Source: Octopus sinensis
Lineage: Eukaryota
Assembly: GCF_006345805.1 (NCBI RefSeq)
Contig: NC_042998.1
Span: 134,168,001-134,232,000, forward strand
Reading direction: 5' to 3'
Length of the DNA: 64,000 nucleotides
Positions 51,140 to 64,000 of the stretch are shown here, piece after piece (positions within the stretch are counted from its first letter, which is position 1; every line of letters starts with the position of its first letter). The translations under genes were made by a program, and so were the position numbers. A model generated the notes under the pieces. It was not told where the DNA came from and searched no databases. It was given only the letters and a program-made list of their open reading frames with translations.

Positions 51140-54100
51140 ATCTTGTTCTTTTTCTAGCTATTGTGCTTTTGGAACACCCACATTCTCTACTAATTAGGTC
51201 ACGTAGGTAACTGGAGTTGTCAACTAACATTTGAGAGAATCAGTTTCCTGTATGCTGTTAGTGTTTATAGCCCTTGTGCATCTATTGCATTCAAAATCTT
51301 TTTCTTCTGTTAGCCTGCATGTGATTCCACTGCACCCCCTGTGTGTCCATAGTTTGAACTGCTTGAGGAAGACCATCCAAATGTTTGAAGCAATTAATTT
51401 CATTGCCAATCTTACTAAGGACAACTCCTGAACATCTACTACACATGATGTCAATCTCTATCAGCCTGGGCATAGTTTACATTGGATACACAGTACAGAA
51501 TTCCTATCTACATCTTTCCTATGTATAGAGCATGGTCACTTCATCTCACATCTTCCTGGGTCTCCCTCTTCCAAAGTTCCATCTATTTTGAGCATCTTCT
51601 TTATACAGCTACTATTTTTCATAAGCATCATATAATCATACTAGTGCAGTCTTCTCTCTCACGCATTACATCTGATTCTGCTTATTCCTAGTTTTCCTTA
51701 GTCTGTTTGTACCCCATCATTCATGCATGTTGACATTACACAACCTGCAGAGAATGTTTGCTTCATTTTTTTCCCCCTTAGTCTTCTTGTGTCCTCTGCA
51801 TTCAGTGTTAATGTTTCATTAGCATGTTGCATTGCAGTTCATACACAAGACTCATACAATTTGCCTTTCACTCTGAAAGAAATCCTTTGTTACTGATGTA
51901 GCTTCCTGAAATAACTCCAGTCTGTTCTTACTGGGGCTACTATACTTTCAGGACCTCATCTTCCTCTGCAAATTAGTTCACTTAGATAACAGAAATTATT
52001 AACCACTTCAAGGAAGCCTTCTGGGTATTTGAGAGAATCTATTTCCCAAGTGCTCTTAGCATTTATAGTCCTTGTGCATCTGTCACATACAAAATTTGCT
52101 TTCTCTGTTAGCCTGTCTGCAATTCCACTACATTTCTTGTGTTTCCATTGTTTGCAATGGTACATCATGTGAAATTCCTCCCAACTCCTTTTCTGCCTAT
52201 CAACCAAAGCCATTTCCCTGATGAAAGCAGGGTCCCTACATATTAATACTTTTGTCTTTGTTAAGTTTTCATTGAGACCTCTTGATTCTTGGTTTTGCTT
52301 CTCTGATTCTGCTATAGATTCATCATCATATAGGGAACTCTACAGGTAGCTAGTCTTAAACTCCTTTATGACCTGAAGGACTATTACAGGTAAAAGGTGA
52401 CTGGAACTGGAGCCTTGATGAACTCCTGTCTGCACAATAAATTCAATATTGTACTCATTGCTGACTCTCACCTTGCTGACCACATCTTTCTACATGGCTT
52501 GTATAGCTAGCTGTCTTAAACCATTTGTTTACCCCTAGTTTCATTAGTAACTACCAGATCATAGAGCAAGGGCCTCTATTGAAGGTTTTCTCCATGTTGG
52601 CAAATACTAGATACAGTTGCTTACTCTTAGCTAAGTGCTTCTAGTTGTCTATCTAAGAAGATGGCATCTGTTGTACATCTTCCTAATAAATCTGAACTGC
52701 ATCTTATCTAGGCTAAATCTCTTTCTAATCAATTAAGCTATAACTTGTTTTGTAACTTTCATAACCTGGTCCAACAATTGTGTACCTCTGTAATTACCTT
52801 TTTCTAGCACATCTCCATTGGCCTTAGAGTAGTTGACAAGGCTGCTGTACCAGTCGTCTTTATATGATACATTTCTGTACTACCTGGTTGATTATGCAGG
52901 TGACCAGCCTGTAACCTGGTCAGCTTGGAGTAGAAGACTTCTTTGCCAATATATCCTTAATTTTCCCATCTTTTATATTGCTGTCAACTTGAATGGCTGG
53001 TTCATCAATTGGATCTATTCTGAGAAGACTCTCACATTCTCTCATTCTTAACATTTCACAGCTTCTCATTAAAGCGCTTTTAAGTCTCTTTCTTTTCAGT
53101 GTGTGTAAGTCCAAGTATGCTGCTATCCATCGTTATACACTTCTCTCATTTGACATCACAGTTTTCTCTAGTACACTGCTTTGCAATCTGGAGGGCCTCA
53201 TACCTGATTCTCATTTAGTAGAACATTGACAAACCTCTTACTTTCTGCTTTTCAGTTTGCTAAGTACACCTGATAATAACTTCACTTATAACTATTTGAT
53301 ATGACTCTCTGCTGCTCCCTTTTTTCCAATCTTTCTAGGCCTGTATTGTAGCTTCTATGGTTCTATCTACAGTGCTATTCCACCACTAAGTCATGCTAGG
53401 ACCTTGCCTCAGCTCTGTGGCTAGGTCAAGACCCTAACTTTAAGCAAGTTGTCCCATAGCAACTCCTAGTTGTCCTCTGTACAGTAATTCTTCATCTCTT
53501 CCTCCCCTTCATCAAATACTGTAATTAGCACTTCTCTAAATTTTTTACTGTTTGTTGGATCTTTCAGCTTCTATATCTTCTCTCTCGTAACTGGTTTGTA
53601 TTTCTGAGTCTATCTAACTCTTACACTGATGACACTGATCATCACTAACTTATGTTGGGTGGGAGATTCACAACCATCAATCTTATTTGCTGGAAAGATT
53701 GAAATGTACCTGGCTCTTACATTTGCCAAGAGGAGATCAGGTGGCTGGCTTGTTTCCTAAAGTCAGTGTTACAAATGATCAATCAATAGCATAACAGATT
53801 TCCAGGAACCTTGTTTCTCATCCCCTCTTTCACCAAACCAATGCCATAACCTCCCTGCATGCATGCATGAAATCCATCAGAGTGCTGCCCAACATGTCTG
53901 TTGAGGTCTTTGTTGCAGTCCTCATGAGGGTCTCATAGAACTAGTCTTCCTGTTCATCTACCGATCCAGTGTGGTGCATGTGCAGAAATGTTATTGTCAC
54001 GTTATCCAGGACTAAACTTAATTATCCTAACAAACACTCTGACTACTTTGAATACTTTACCTACTTCTGTACCATGTCTGCTCCATCCATACTGTTGCTG

Positions 54101-54290
54101 CTACCCACCCATAGAACTTGTTTCTTTGTTCTTTATTTCTAAGGAGCCTAGCTGAGGCTCTTCTCCATTTAAATTCTTGTACACAGCATATATCTACACA
54201 CCTCTGCTCTACCACCTCAACAATATTTTTGGACATACCTTCCATTGTGTCTGTAATGGTGGCAGTTATGGACTTGATAGAAAGAGTGGA
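51140..54290 (-). mobile_element. RTE LINE, long degraded copy (AP endonuclease + RT + PHD-like block), with an internal rearrangement
   Basis: APE-like EVVEQRCVDICCVQE, RT remnants, WKHKKCSG..FVCDRCT and LEVVNNFCYL. A second Cys block lies at 51224-51530. Confidence 0.85.
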
Positions 54291-56409
54291 TGGGTAGTGT
54301 TAGATTTGTTTACACCTAATGAAAGGAGGAAGTTGGTGCAAATATCTGACAGCAAACAATGGGATACACACACATGCATGCATGCTCACACACACGTATA
54401 TATCTACATACATACAAATATCTATCCAGCTAGCTTGTCAGTCATTCTTCCTTCCTGCCTTACACAGTATAATTGAATTTGGGTGTTATACATTTTATTG
54501 TGACGGCTAATCTGGGATTGACCTGTAAATATGTTTACATATTTTAAACCAGCTGTTTTTATTCTTTTTCTTCATACATATACCGTTATAATAATCAGGT
54601 AACTTGAAAGCTAAGTAAAGAACAGTAGATCCTATATATATATATAACACACGTACACACAAACACATGTATATTACCTGTATGTATGTATGTATGTATG
54701 CATGCATGCTTCACCATCCAGTCTTTTGCAAACAGTGTCTGTTAGAATCACATTATTCAATATGTTGTTCCTAGTCAAGTCTGTAAGGTGTGATTTTAGA
54801 CAGATTTTTGCTGCTATTTCTACCTGTCAAACAACCCTATAGAGTAGGTATGGCAAACATGTGGCACTTGGACTGCATGCAGGTCATTATGACTTCCTGT
54901 AATTTTGTAACTTAATCCCTTCAATATATTTTTATGATTCACTTACTAAGATATATTTTTGTTGTTATTATTTTGTCCTGATTTATGATGAACAGTATCT
55001 CTGTTAGGCCTGCTGATAATAAAAAGGTTGTCGTAGAGGTTACCTTGTTGATTTGTCATCATTCAGTTGGCTGTCAAAGTTTTTGTTAAGCGAGTTTGGA
55101 AAGAAAAAAATATTAAAAGGTATAGCTTGGCCCTTCCACTTCCTTCCTATTCAAACTAATTAAAATAAAGACTTATATTAAGAATATATCCTTGTATGCA
55201 AACACACACACACACACACACATATATATGTGTATATATATATAGCCTATATAAACGTTTGTGTGAAGGCAGATAGGTATAGAAATAATAAGCAAAGTGG
55301 GAGGGGATCAGCAAGAATAGCTTATCTCTGAATAACTGTGGCTATGTCTTGGTGAAAAGAGCATATTTTTCTTTTGACAATTTGTTTTTTCTTTTTATAT
55401 ATTTATAAACTTTGTGTGGATGTATTTCTATATTTATATATCGTCATCGTTTTTCGTTTGTTTTTCCATGTTGGCATGTCTTGACTTGGTTGTCACACTC
55501 CATGTCACATATAACAAAAGAAAAACTGGGCATCTCAGTGTTTTGTTAGTTTCATGTAAGGAAGGCTAAAGAGTTTCTTTACTCTACAACAGTTTTTACT
55601 TGGAATTACTTGCCCTTCTAGATGGGTACTGTGTGATATGGCTCATGAAGTCCACATCTTACTCATACAGTCTGTTTTGGAATGTTCCCAATGACTGGCC
55701 ACTCTTCCTATTATCAATCGCTTTAAAGTGTATGGGATACATTTTTTTATGTCACCAGTGCAAGAGAGTTTGCCATGTGAGGAGGGCTGATCCTATCCTG
55801 GATCAGTTCTTATTCAGATACATTGCCCTTCTAGACAGGTAACCTGGGATGTGGCTTGCAGAGTCCACATTTTGCTTCTGCATTCTATTTTGGCATATAT
55901 CATCATCACAAATAAATGTACATATTTATAAACTGAAATATGTGAACATATGCATACATATGTCAGTGTATGTATTTCTTGTTAACTTATGCAGCAACAC
56001 TTGGCAGTAGTAGATTAGCAGGATCATTAGGTGTTGGAAATGCCCAGGTTATCAATTACAGCTCTTTACTACAGGCCCTGTTTTGCATTTCACCCTTCCA
56101 GTGTCAGTTAACTACTGGTCACATACTGGAGTCAGTTTAATAATATGCCTGTAAAAATATCCTAAGTGTAAATGGTATTGCAATAGAAGACTAACACTTT
56201 ACTTAAAATTAGAAACAAAAAACTTACAAAAACAACAAACAAAACTAAGACATATTTCTCATAAGTCCAACCCATGCCAGTATGGAAAATGGTGATGATG
56301 TTGAAGAGGCAGAGTGGGTTATACTACTTTATATAGTTAGCGTTCAAGATTTCTTAGATTGGCAGAGGAATATAGATCAGTCATGGAAACAGTACAGTTG
56401 ATGACTCCT

Positions 56410-56612
56410 GATACTTATATTGCTTTCAAATTTTGGCACAAAGTCAGCAACTTTGTGGGAGGGTGTGAATCATCTGGTACTTAATTTATCAACCCCCGAA
56501 AGGATGAAAGGCAAAGTCAACCTCAATGGAATTTGAACTGAGAATGTAATGACAAATGAAATGCTGTTAAGCATTTTGTCCAGCATTCTAAAGATCCTGC
56601 TAGCTTGCTGCC
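56410..56612 (-). mobile_element. SINE family C
   Basis: ctggtacttaatttatcaacccccgaaaggatgaaaggcaaagtcaacctc. Confidence 0.85.
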
Positions 56613-59600
56613 TTTCCTGGTACTTATATTAACAATTAATTAGATAGGATCTGGGTTAAAACAGGAATAATGATTTCTAACATAGGCATGAAGATGGTGG
56701 AATATTTGGCAGTTGGACAGGATAATCAGTCCTAATACTTCACTGATATAGTCTTAATATTCTACTTTTATTGATCCATGTGGATTTTAAAAGTTAAAGA
56801 TAACTCAAGTTTATTCCTGTGATTTAAGACTGGATCAACCCCAGGTAACCAAACTTATGATCAAAGCATGACATCCAATCTTTTTCCTAGGTATAATGTG
56901 TCTTGCACATTATCTGAAATGTTTTTCTTTTTTCTTTTCTATTTTTCTTTTAAGATGATTTGGTGTTATATGAGGAAGATTTTGGTTGTTAGTTTTTACT
57001 CCTTCAGTGGATCATAGTCAACTAGTTGGACCTCTTGTATGTGCCCTATCAACTTCCAACCTTTCCAGAAGGATGAAACAAATTCTTGCCTAGCAGTATT
57101 TTTAACTCTGGATGCAAGGTTTAACTTTAGGTCAGCCTTCATCTAGTATAGACATCTAGCATAGACCATGATTGTATTTCCAGATTATGTTGGACAGATG
57201 TCATTCCATTAAGATGGTAAGGTGTGTGGAAACAAACCAAGTTAGCACACAGTCTCACTTGTCTGACATCCTCCTAATACTTCTGCTACCCTCTAATGAT
57301 AATAACAATGATGTCTCATAAAAGCACAAGGCCACATATTTGTAGGGAACAGTTTTTTTTTATTCTTTTGTAATGAGTTATAAGACTGGTAACTCAATAC
57401 AGTTTTATCAACCCTGAAAAAATTCAAGGCTATGCCAACCTGGGTGGGATTTGAAGTTAGAATGCAGAGTTAGGAAATTAAATACCATAAACCATTTAGT
57501 CTGACATTCTACTGTTTCTGCTACATCACTAGGAACATTAGAATTATCAACATCATTTTGTATAAGGGTATATATTTACTTTAGGGCAGTGTGTAAATGG
57601 TTCAGCCTTCAAGATTGAACTGTTACTTATTTAATTGATCCAGGAGGGAATAAAATGTAAACTAAAACCCTGAAAAGATTTGAAGTAAAAAAAAAAAATG
57701 TATTGTATATCTAAATGTCTCGGAGCATTTAGTTCGAGTTCCTACCATTCTTGGTACTGGAGAAAAGTAATGTGAAACTGCAATGTTTCCTTTGGGACTA
57801 ATCGATCACCTTTCATTTTTGTCGTTCTTTTGATATTAAACAAAAATATGAAATGTTTAACTGTCATGTTACTCTCTCTCTCTTACACACGCACAACTAC
57901 CAAAAACAAATAAATATAGTCGCTGTATATATAGTTGAAAGGCTGCAGGTCAGCCGTGATAGTACAGCCCAATGGATCAAAAGTATGATCTGTCGTAACC
58001 ATCCTTTTTTTTTTGTCGTTCCTGTCATGACTATCATGTTTAGACGAAGTTTTTCAACAATATATCCCCACGCCTTTTTAAAAAAAAAAAGATTTGGGTG
58101 TAATCTGATGGTATTCAGCCTTACCTTAAACCTATGGATAAAAGATCTTGACTATACTGTGAGCTTTTTTTTTTTTATCAAAGATCTTTTATTTAAGATT
58201 CCATTATCTATCCATTCCTATAAAAGACAGTGAATGTGATTTGAGGGAAATGTGGAAACTGCTTGTGACAACGAGTGACCATGTTTTCATCGATGGCTTC
58301 GTATCGTGTATTTTATACGCTGTGGATGTAAATTCCACTAAGAAAAAAAAATCATTATTGTAACAGACATGATTTAAACAGTGAACAGACCGTCTTTTAT
58401 CTTACCTCTCCCCACCATCAACCTTTACATACCAGCACATATTTTTGTCTGTTACATCAGTCTCTGTTCCCCCCCCCCCATCTCTCTCTCTCTCTCCCTT
58501 CAGTCCGAACGTTTGTTTGCCTTTCTGTCACCCTTTTACCTGTTTAGGAATCTGTCAATTTTTCCCTCGTCATTCTCACTATGTCAAATGTGTGTACCTT
58601 ATGTCAATTGTTCAGTAAGCAAGCAGTCGCAGTCGGCCAGCCAGTAATCTGGTTGCCATCTCATCAACTTTAGTCTCTCACACATACCCGTACACGTCTG
58701 CACTTTCTCGTACGCACGCGCACACATACCCATACCGCCTACTTCTAGCATTATAAAAAAAAAAAAAACATCCTTCAAATTCATGCAATAAGCAACCCGA
58801 GGCAGCCTCTACATGGTCGCTCGACGTACTACAAACCACAGACAAATCTTCTCAATACATATTACTGTCTTAAAACATGAAAAACATTGGATAATCTATC
58901 TAAAAAAAAAAAAAAAAAGAAATGATGCTCATAGTTGGAACGTCATTCCTAAGTCTGCTTGATCACTGCTGACCTGTGGCTAGACAACAATATAGCTAAT
59001 CACATAAATGTCGCTTAACAACGAAAATAGATAAGATAAAAACAAAAATTTAAAAATCCAGACATTATTCAAAAGATAATAACTTCGTTGACACCGTAAT
59101 TATTAGTCGAACAGGTACCTGTCACTCTTTTATTGTAATCCGTAAACTTTGAACCTTCTTACAGCAGAGAAAACAGTCATTGTTTAGCCCCAGGTCGGTG
59201 GTGTCCGGACAGGCCTATGACCATCTTGATAGACATAGAGTATCTGGCGTGATTTGAGAGATTTTATTGCTGTTATTTCTAGCAGGCCAATCCATACTCA
59301 GCTGTCTGGGGTTGACAGGCCTGAACGAATCTCACTGCAGCTCTACGTAAATATGATTTTCTTTCTTTAAAAGAAAAACAATATGTTTTTTCATAAATGA
59401 AATGGATAAATGAGATGATTAATGGTGGGTCTATTTTAATAATCGAAGGAATTCATCGGTCGAAATCCTGCCTACGTCTCTGGGCCTACCTAGCCCCAGA
59501 TTATCCGTGATCGTTCCGACGTATGACCAAAGGTATTCCAGCCATTATCGTCTTGTCATATTTTTATGAATCATGTATTCGGGGTTACATTGACCCCGTA

Positions 59601-59875
59601 GAAGAATTACATGTGGAGGGAGGAGCTTGCCTGCATGCAGGTTCGAAACCTCACGTTGACGAATTTACAAAAAAAAAAAAAAACATAAAAAAACCCAGAC
59701 TTTTAAGCCCATCTGACCAAAACGGGAAGTCGCATACCTATGAATTCGTTACAAAAAATATCCATTAATTTTCTCAGCATGCAGTTCGCCCCTAGTGCTA
59801 AGAAGTTCTCTATCCCTGTCATAAAGACAGTTCCAGTTTTTAGGCATAAGCTAAACAGGCTTGCACTGCTTAGAG

Positions 59876-60236
59876 CAGTGCTTCTCAACCTCTGTTTGCC
59901 TAGGGACCCTTCTGATTCCTATTTTCTTTACTGGACCTTCATAGCCATTTAATGAGAGGGAGAGAGAGAGAGAGAGAGAGAAGATGAATATAAAGTCCTG
60001 GTGTAATTAAATATTATTAGGAAATATTTTAAAACTTTTACTTGTTTCAGTCATTATACTGCGACCATGCTGGAGCACTGTTGCCTTGAAGAATTATTAG
60101 TAAAATGTATCAACCCCAGTATTTATTTGTTTAAGCCTGGTACTTTTCCTATCTGTCTCTTTTGCCGAACCACTGTTATGGAGATATAAACACACCAGTA
60201 CCAGTTGTTGAGCAGTGGTGGGGTGACACACACACT

Positions 60237-60275
<39 letters not shown>

Positions 60276-60657
60276 AATAAGACCGGAGCCTGGTGCAGCC
60301 TTCTGGCTTCCCAGATCCCCGGTCGAACCATCCAGCCCATGCTAGCATGGAGAACGGACGTTAAACGATGATGATGATGATGATATATATATGCACACAC
60401 ACACACACATGTACAATGGGCTTCTTTCAGTTTCCATCTGCCAAATCCATCTGCAAGGCTTTGGTCGGCCTCTTGCTATAGTAGAAGACTCCTGTCCAAG
60501 GTGACATGCAGTGGGACTGAACTCAGAACCATATGGTTGGGATGCAGACTTCTTATTTTGTGTATTATTGAAATATAAGCAATTTATTGCTCAAAAATTA
60601 TAACAAAATCTTATATGGATCCCCAAGGGCCATATGGACCCTGGTTGAGAACCACTA
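59876..60657. mobile_element. hAT-type MITE with 8-bp TSD and nested SINEs
   Basis: TIRs cagtgcttctcaacc / ggttgagaaccacta. TSD GCTTAGAG at 59868-59875 and 60658-60665. Confidence 0.9.
60038..60556 (-). mobile_element. SINE family A (split) with a family B tail (60275-60385, +) inserted in its (TA)n
   Basis: Tail at 60038-60232 and head at 60418-60556. Confidence 0.8.
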
Positions 60658-61431
60658 GCTTAGAGCCTTGCAATCCGTAGATTGCAAATAAACAAAAAGC
60701 ATATTTTCGTTTTCTGGTGCCATTTTTTGACAACTTTATGGTTAATAGTGATATAAAGTGTTGTGCATTCAGTTAAGGTATTTTAAATGAGACATTCCTT
60801 CCTATATTTTTGTTAAATTTCAAGGTGTGATCATGAACCGAGACAATTTATTTTATTTATCTTAATCATATAGGATTATTATATCATTATCATTAAGAAT
60901 AAAAGAAATTGTGAAAAATTTGACGTTGATCATTTATGTAAAAGTATGAGTCATTTATCTTCCTGCTGTATCAGACTGGTTTACAAAATAAGATGATTAG
61001 TTTAGTGGGTGTTTTTAATATAGCAGTTTCAATATGCTGAGTTAACAAAGTCTGCACGTCCTTTCTAAATTTACTTATCTAATTTTAAAATATACCTTCC
61101 TAGTTAGGCGACATTCAGTTCATTATTTAAACAGATGTGTGAGTGTGAAAGAGAAGTTTGTGAGTTAGGGGTAAGTTCAACTAATGTGGATCGAAGATGT
61201 GATGATTTTGAGATGTCCTTTTGTATGTGAAAAAACTTGAAATCCTCTTTTTTACTCTGACTCAGATGAAGGAACAGCCCCAAATTGTCAGATTCTTTTA
61301 CTTCCTTTGGTATTCAACTTGTCCAGTACTAACTAATTTTACTTAATAAGTTTTGCTGACACAGGTCACCTTCATTGTGTTCTACTTCTGTGTATATTAG
61401 GTTTGAAGGTTCTTACTTAGTCTTGGTCAAT

Positions 61432-61735
61432 TCATCATCATCATCGTTTAATGTCTGTTTTCCATGCAAGCATGGGTTGGACAGTTCGACCGGGGTCTGG
61501 GAAGCCAGGAAGCTGCACTAGGCTCCAGTCTGATCTGGCTGTGTTTCTACAGCTGGATGCCCTTCCTAACGCTAACCACTCCATGATTGTAGTGGGTGTT
61601 TTTTACGTGCCACCAGCACAGGTGCCAGGGGAGGCTGGCAATGGCCATGATTGGTTAGTGCTTTTTATGTGCCACCGGCACAGAAACCAGTCAAGGCGGC
61701 GCTGGCATCGGCCACATTCGGATGGTGCTTTTTAT
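61432..61735 (-). mobile_element. Family B element with three hairpin units
   Basis: Family match. Confidence 0.85.
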
Positions 61736-64000
61736 AAAAAATATTTCCAACCTGTTCACCTAATTTTATTTTCAGAGAAATCCTATGCAGAACTACACTG
61801 ACACAGCCATGGTGATGTGGTTTAAAAATTTGCTTTGTAACAATGTGGTTTCAGAATCAATTCCGCTGCACAGCACTTGAGGCAAATGTTTTCTGTGATA
61901 GACTCAGATCAATTAATGCATTATGAGTGAAATTTTGTAGACAAAAACTGTATTGATACCCTTTTGTTTTGGTGGTTAACTTGTTCCATTACCAGCACCT
62001 GGCCCTTGGATGCCTTTAACAGAAAGCACTCTGTAATTAGGCCAGTACTCTGGTGTTTGTAGAACTTACCCTTTCCTCCTACCACCCTCAGAGCTCTTGT
62101 GAATATTCAGGAGCACCACCCTTCTTTTACTAAACCTTCCATCCAGTAGGATGTGATTTGAGGGGCTGCTGCTAGCATTTCGAATGACCACATAAAATGG
62201 TTCATATGTTTGAGCATATGATAAATAAAGGGATGCTGTGTAATCCTGACATGTGTTATTGTAGTAGTAGTGGTGGTGGTGGTGGTGGTAGTAGTAGTAT
62301 ATACTGATATAAGGGGTGTTTCTGTAATGTTGCACACTTTTTCTCACACCCAAGGTTTTTATATTTTTATCAGTAATCAATATGCACTTGCTGTGAAGTG
62401 TTCATAGTTTGATGTGTATGTATGAAGATAACTTGTGATGAAACCATTCAATATATACCCTTGTTTCGTTTGGATAATTCAATAAATAACCACGGATGGG
62501 TAATGTGTGGAAAGCCTGCCTTTCTCCAGCTATAAACATGGTGGAGAGATTTGAACTCAGTAGTACCGCAACCTAATGAAACAGCCATCAATTATACAGT
62601 GCTACTACTGCTGTACTGCTGCATCCAGTGTTAAGCTGTGTCTCCTACAGTACCTATTTATAGCTATTTAGAATAAGTCATTGAGAATTAGTTGTCATGG
62701 ATGCATGTGAGAGAATATAGACTGTGGCCCAAATATCCATTAAGTCAATATCTAATCAATTTTCCCTTCCAGCTGCAAGGTCTGACAAGATAATGATGCA
62801 CATGTCCACTGGCTTGTCTTATGGCTCATTACACTTTGTGTGGCATTATTTTTATAATCCAACTTTCAGATTTTTCAGTCATCCATAATTATGTGCCTCC
62901 AAACTTTGTCCCATTGTGTGGAAACTTGAGCAGTGTCTTTCATTGTGATCTTGACATGACCCCTAGTCTTGTAAGTGAAGTTGGGTTGATGGAAATTTGC
63001 AGAATTCCATGGGCCTGTACTCATTCTTGAATGGTGGTAGACCTAATTCATTGCCCAGTTTAACACCACTATCTGGCCTTTGGCTACCTTTAGTAGAATC
63101 TGCTCAGTTGTAAAAATCTAGATCAGGTCTTTTGTTAGAAGATTAATTGGTGTGTTGCTTCCTATCCAAAGAATGTTGTTTCTTAATTACTTTCCCTCTC
63201 ACTAACCTTGAAGGCCATCCTAAGGTCATGTATGATGTTTTTGCTTGTCTGACTTAGCCACAACAGAATATTTTTTTTACTGATCTGAAAAATGTTTCAT
63301 TTACATTTTGAGTCAGTTCAATTGAATTTATTGTTTGTCTGATAATAAAAAGAGAGTAATTATTTACACTGTAAAGTAATTTTTATATATTTTACTATTA
63401 TTCTGTCTTGTTTGTCTCCTGTGCTGTTTATGTAATATTATTCTTTAACCATAGTGTTCCTCTTTGCATATATAGACACGTGTTAGAAGAATGAGGTAAA
63501 TATTGGTTTCATTCAGTTAATGCTTTCAAAATATGATGACAAGCAAGATGAAACATATTATATATAAAGATAAATAGAATATTTATTGGCAACATATTTT
63601 TGATATTTTTGTAAATTTTCTATAATTGTAACATTGTTTTTTTTTTTCACATTGTGGTTACCAAAGGTGGAGATCACATGACTACCATAAAGATAATAAA
63701 TGCCATGATAAGTATAGTAAAATCAATATTTACTGAAGAATAATATATTCTAATAAGCACACACTTTGGTCTCTAAGCTAATTTTTAGCTTAACTTTACT
63801 TTCTAGTCATGGTCGTTTGTAGTTGTCATTGTGTGAAACTGCATATAAGATGATAATGTTTGATTTCCATATTAATATTTACCTTAATCTGGATATTACC
63901 AACTTTTATTTGCCAAGCTGATTTCTCCTCAACATACTACATGAAAATGTGACAACCAACATATGAGAGTGAAAAAATAAACGTAAACATCTCTTAAACC

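Noticed and set aside
55620-55835. TBC-domain-like RW.LC and VWDTFFY in an exon-shaped segment
   Set aside because: The motifs are in different frames with the wrong spacing and intervening stops.

Overview
AT-rich, repeat-dense animal genomic DNA, most likely an octopus. That assignment is inferred from recall of the SINE and RTE-LINE families, not from a search. Most ORFs in the supplied track are microsatellite artefacts. Well-supported elements: (1) a complete non-coding LTR retroelement at 1524-5532 (-) with two LTRs, a tRNA-Trp PBS, a PPT and a 4-bp TSD, which sits inside a SINE and itself carries a SINE with a 155-bp-arm foldback; (2) a degraded Penelope-like element (RT + GIY-YIG) at about 12140-15510 (-) with a decayed hammerhead-like motif; (3) RTE LINE fragments whose RT region carries a PHD-like C4HC3 insertion and whose 3' tail has a variable array of 67-bp hairpin units; (4) at least four SINE families; (5) hAT-type and other MITEs. 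CpG-rich islands (roughly 1-7300, 26200-29000, 43700-47700, 57700-59700) alternate with CpG-poor blocks that look like methylated gene bodies, but only a few small candidate exons could be read. The best pair (22546-22633 + 24643-24784) ends in a motif resembling the C-terminus of bacterial-type PI-PLC. No CRISPR, rRNA or true tRNA genes were seen. Many repeat boundaries are approximate.
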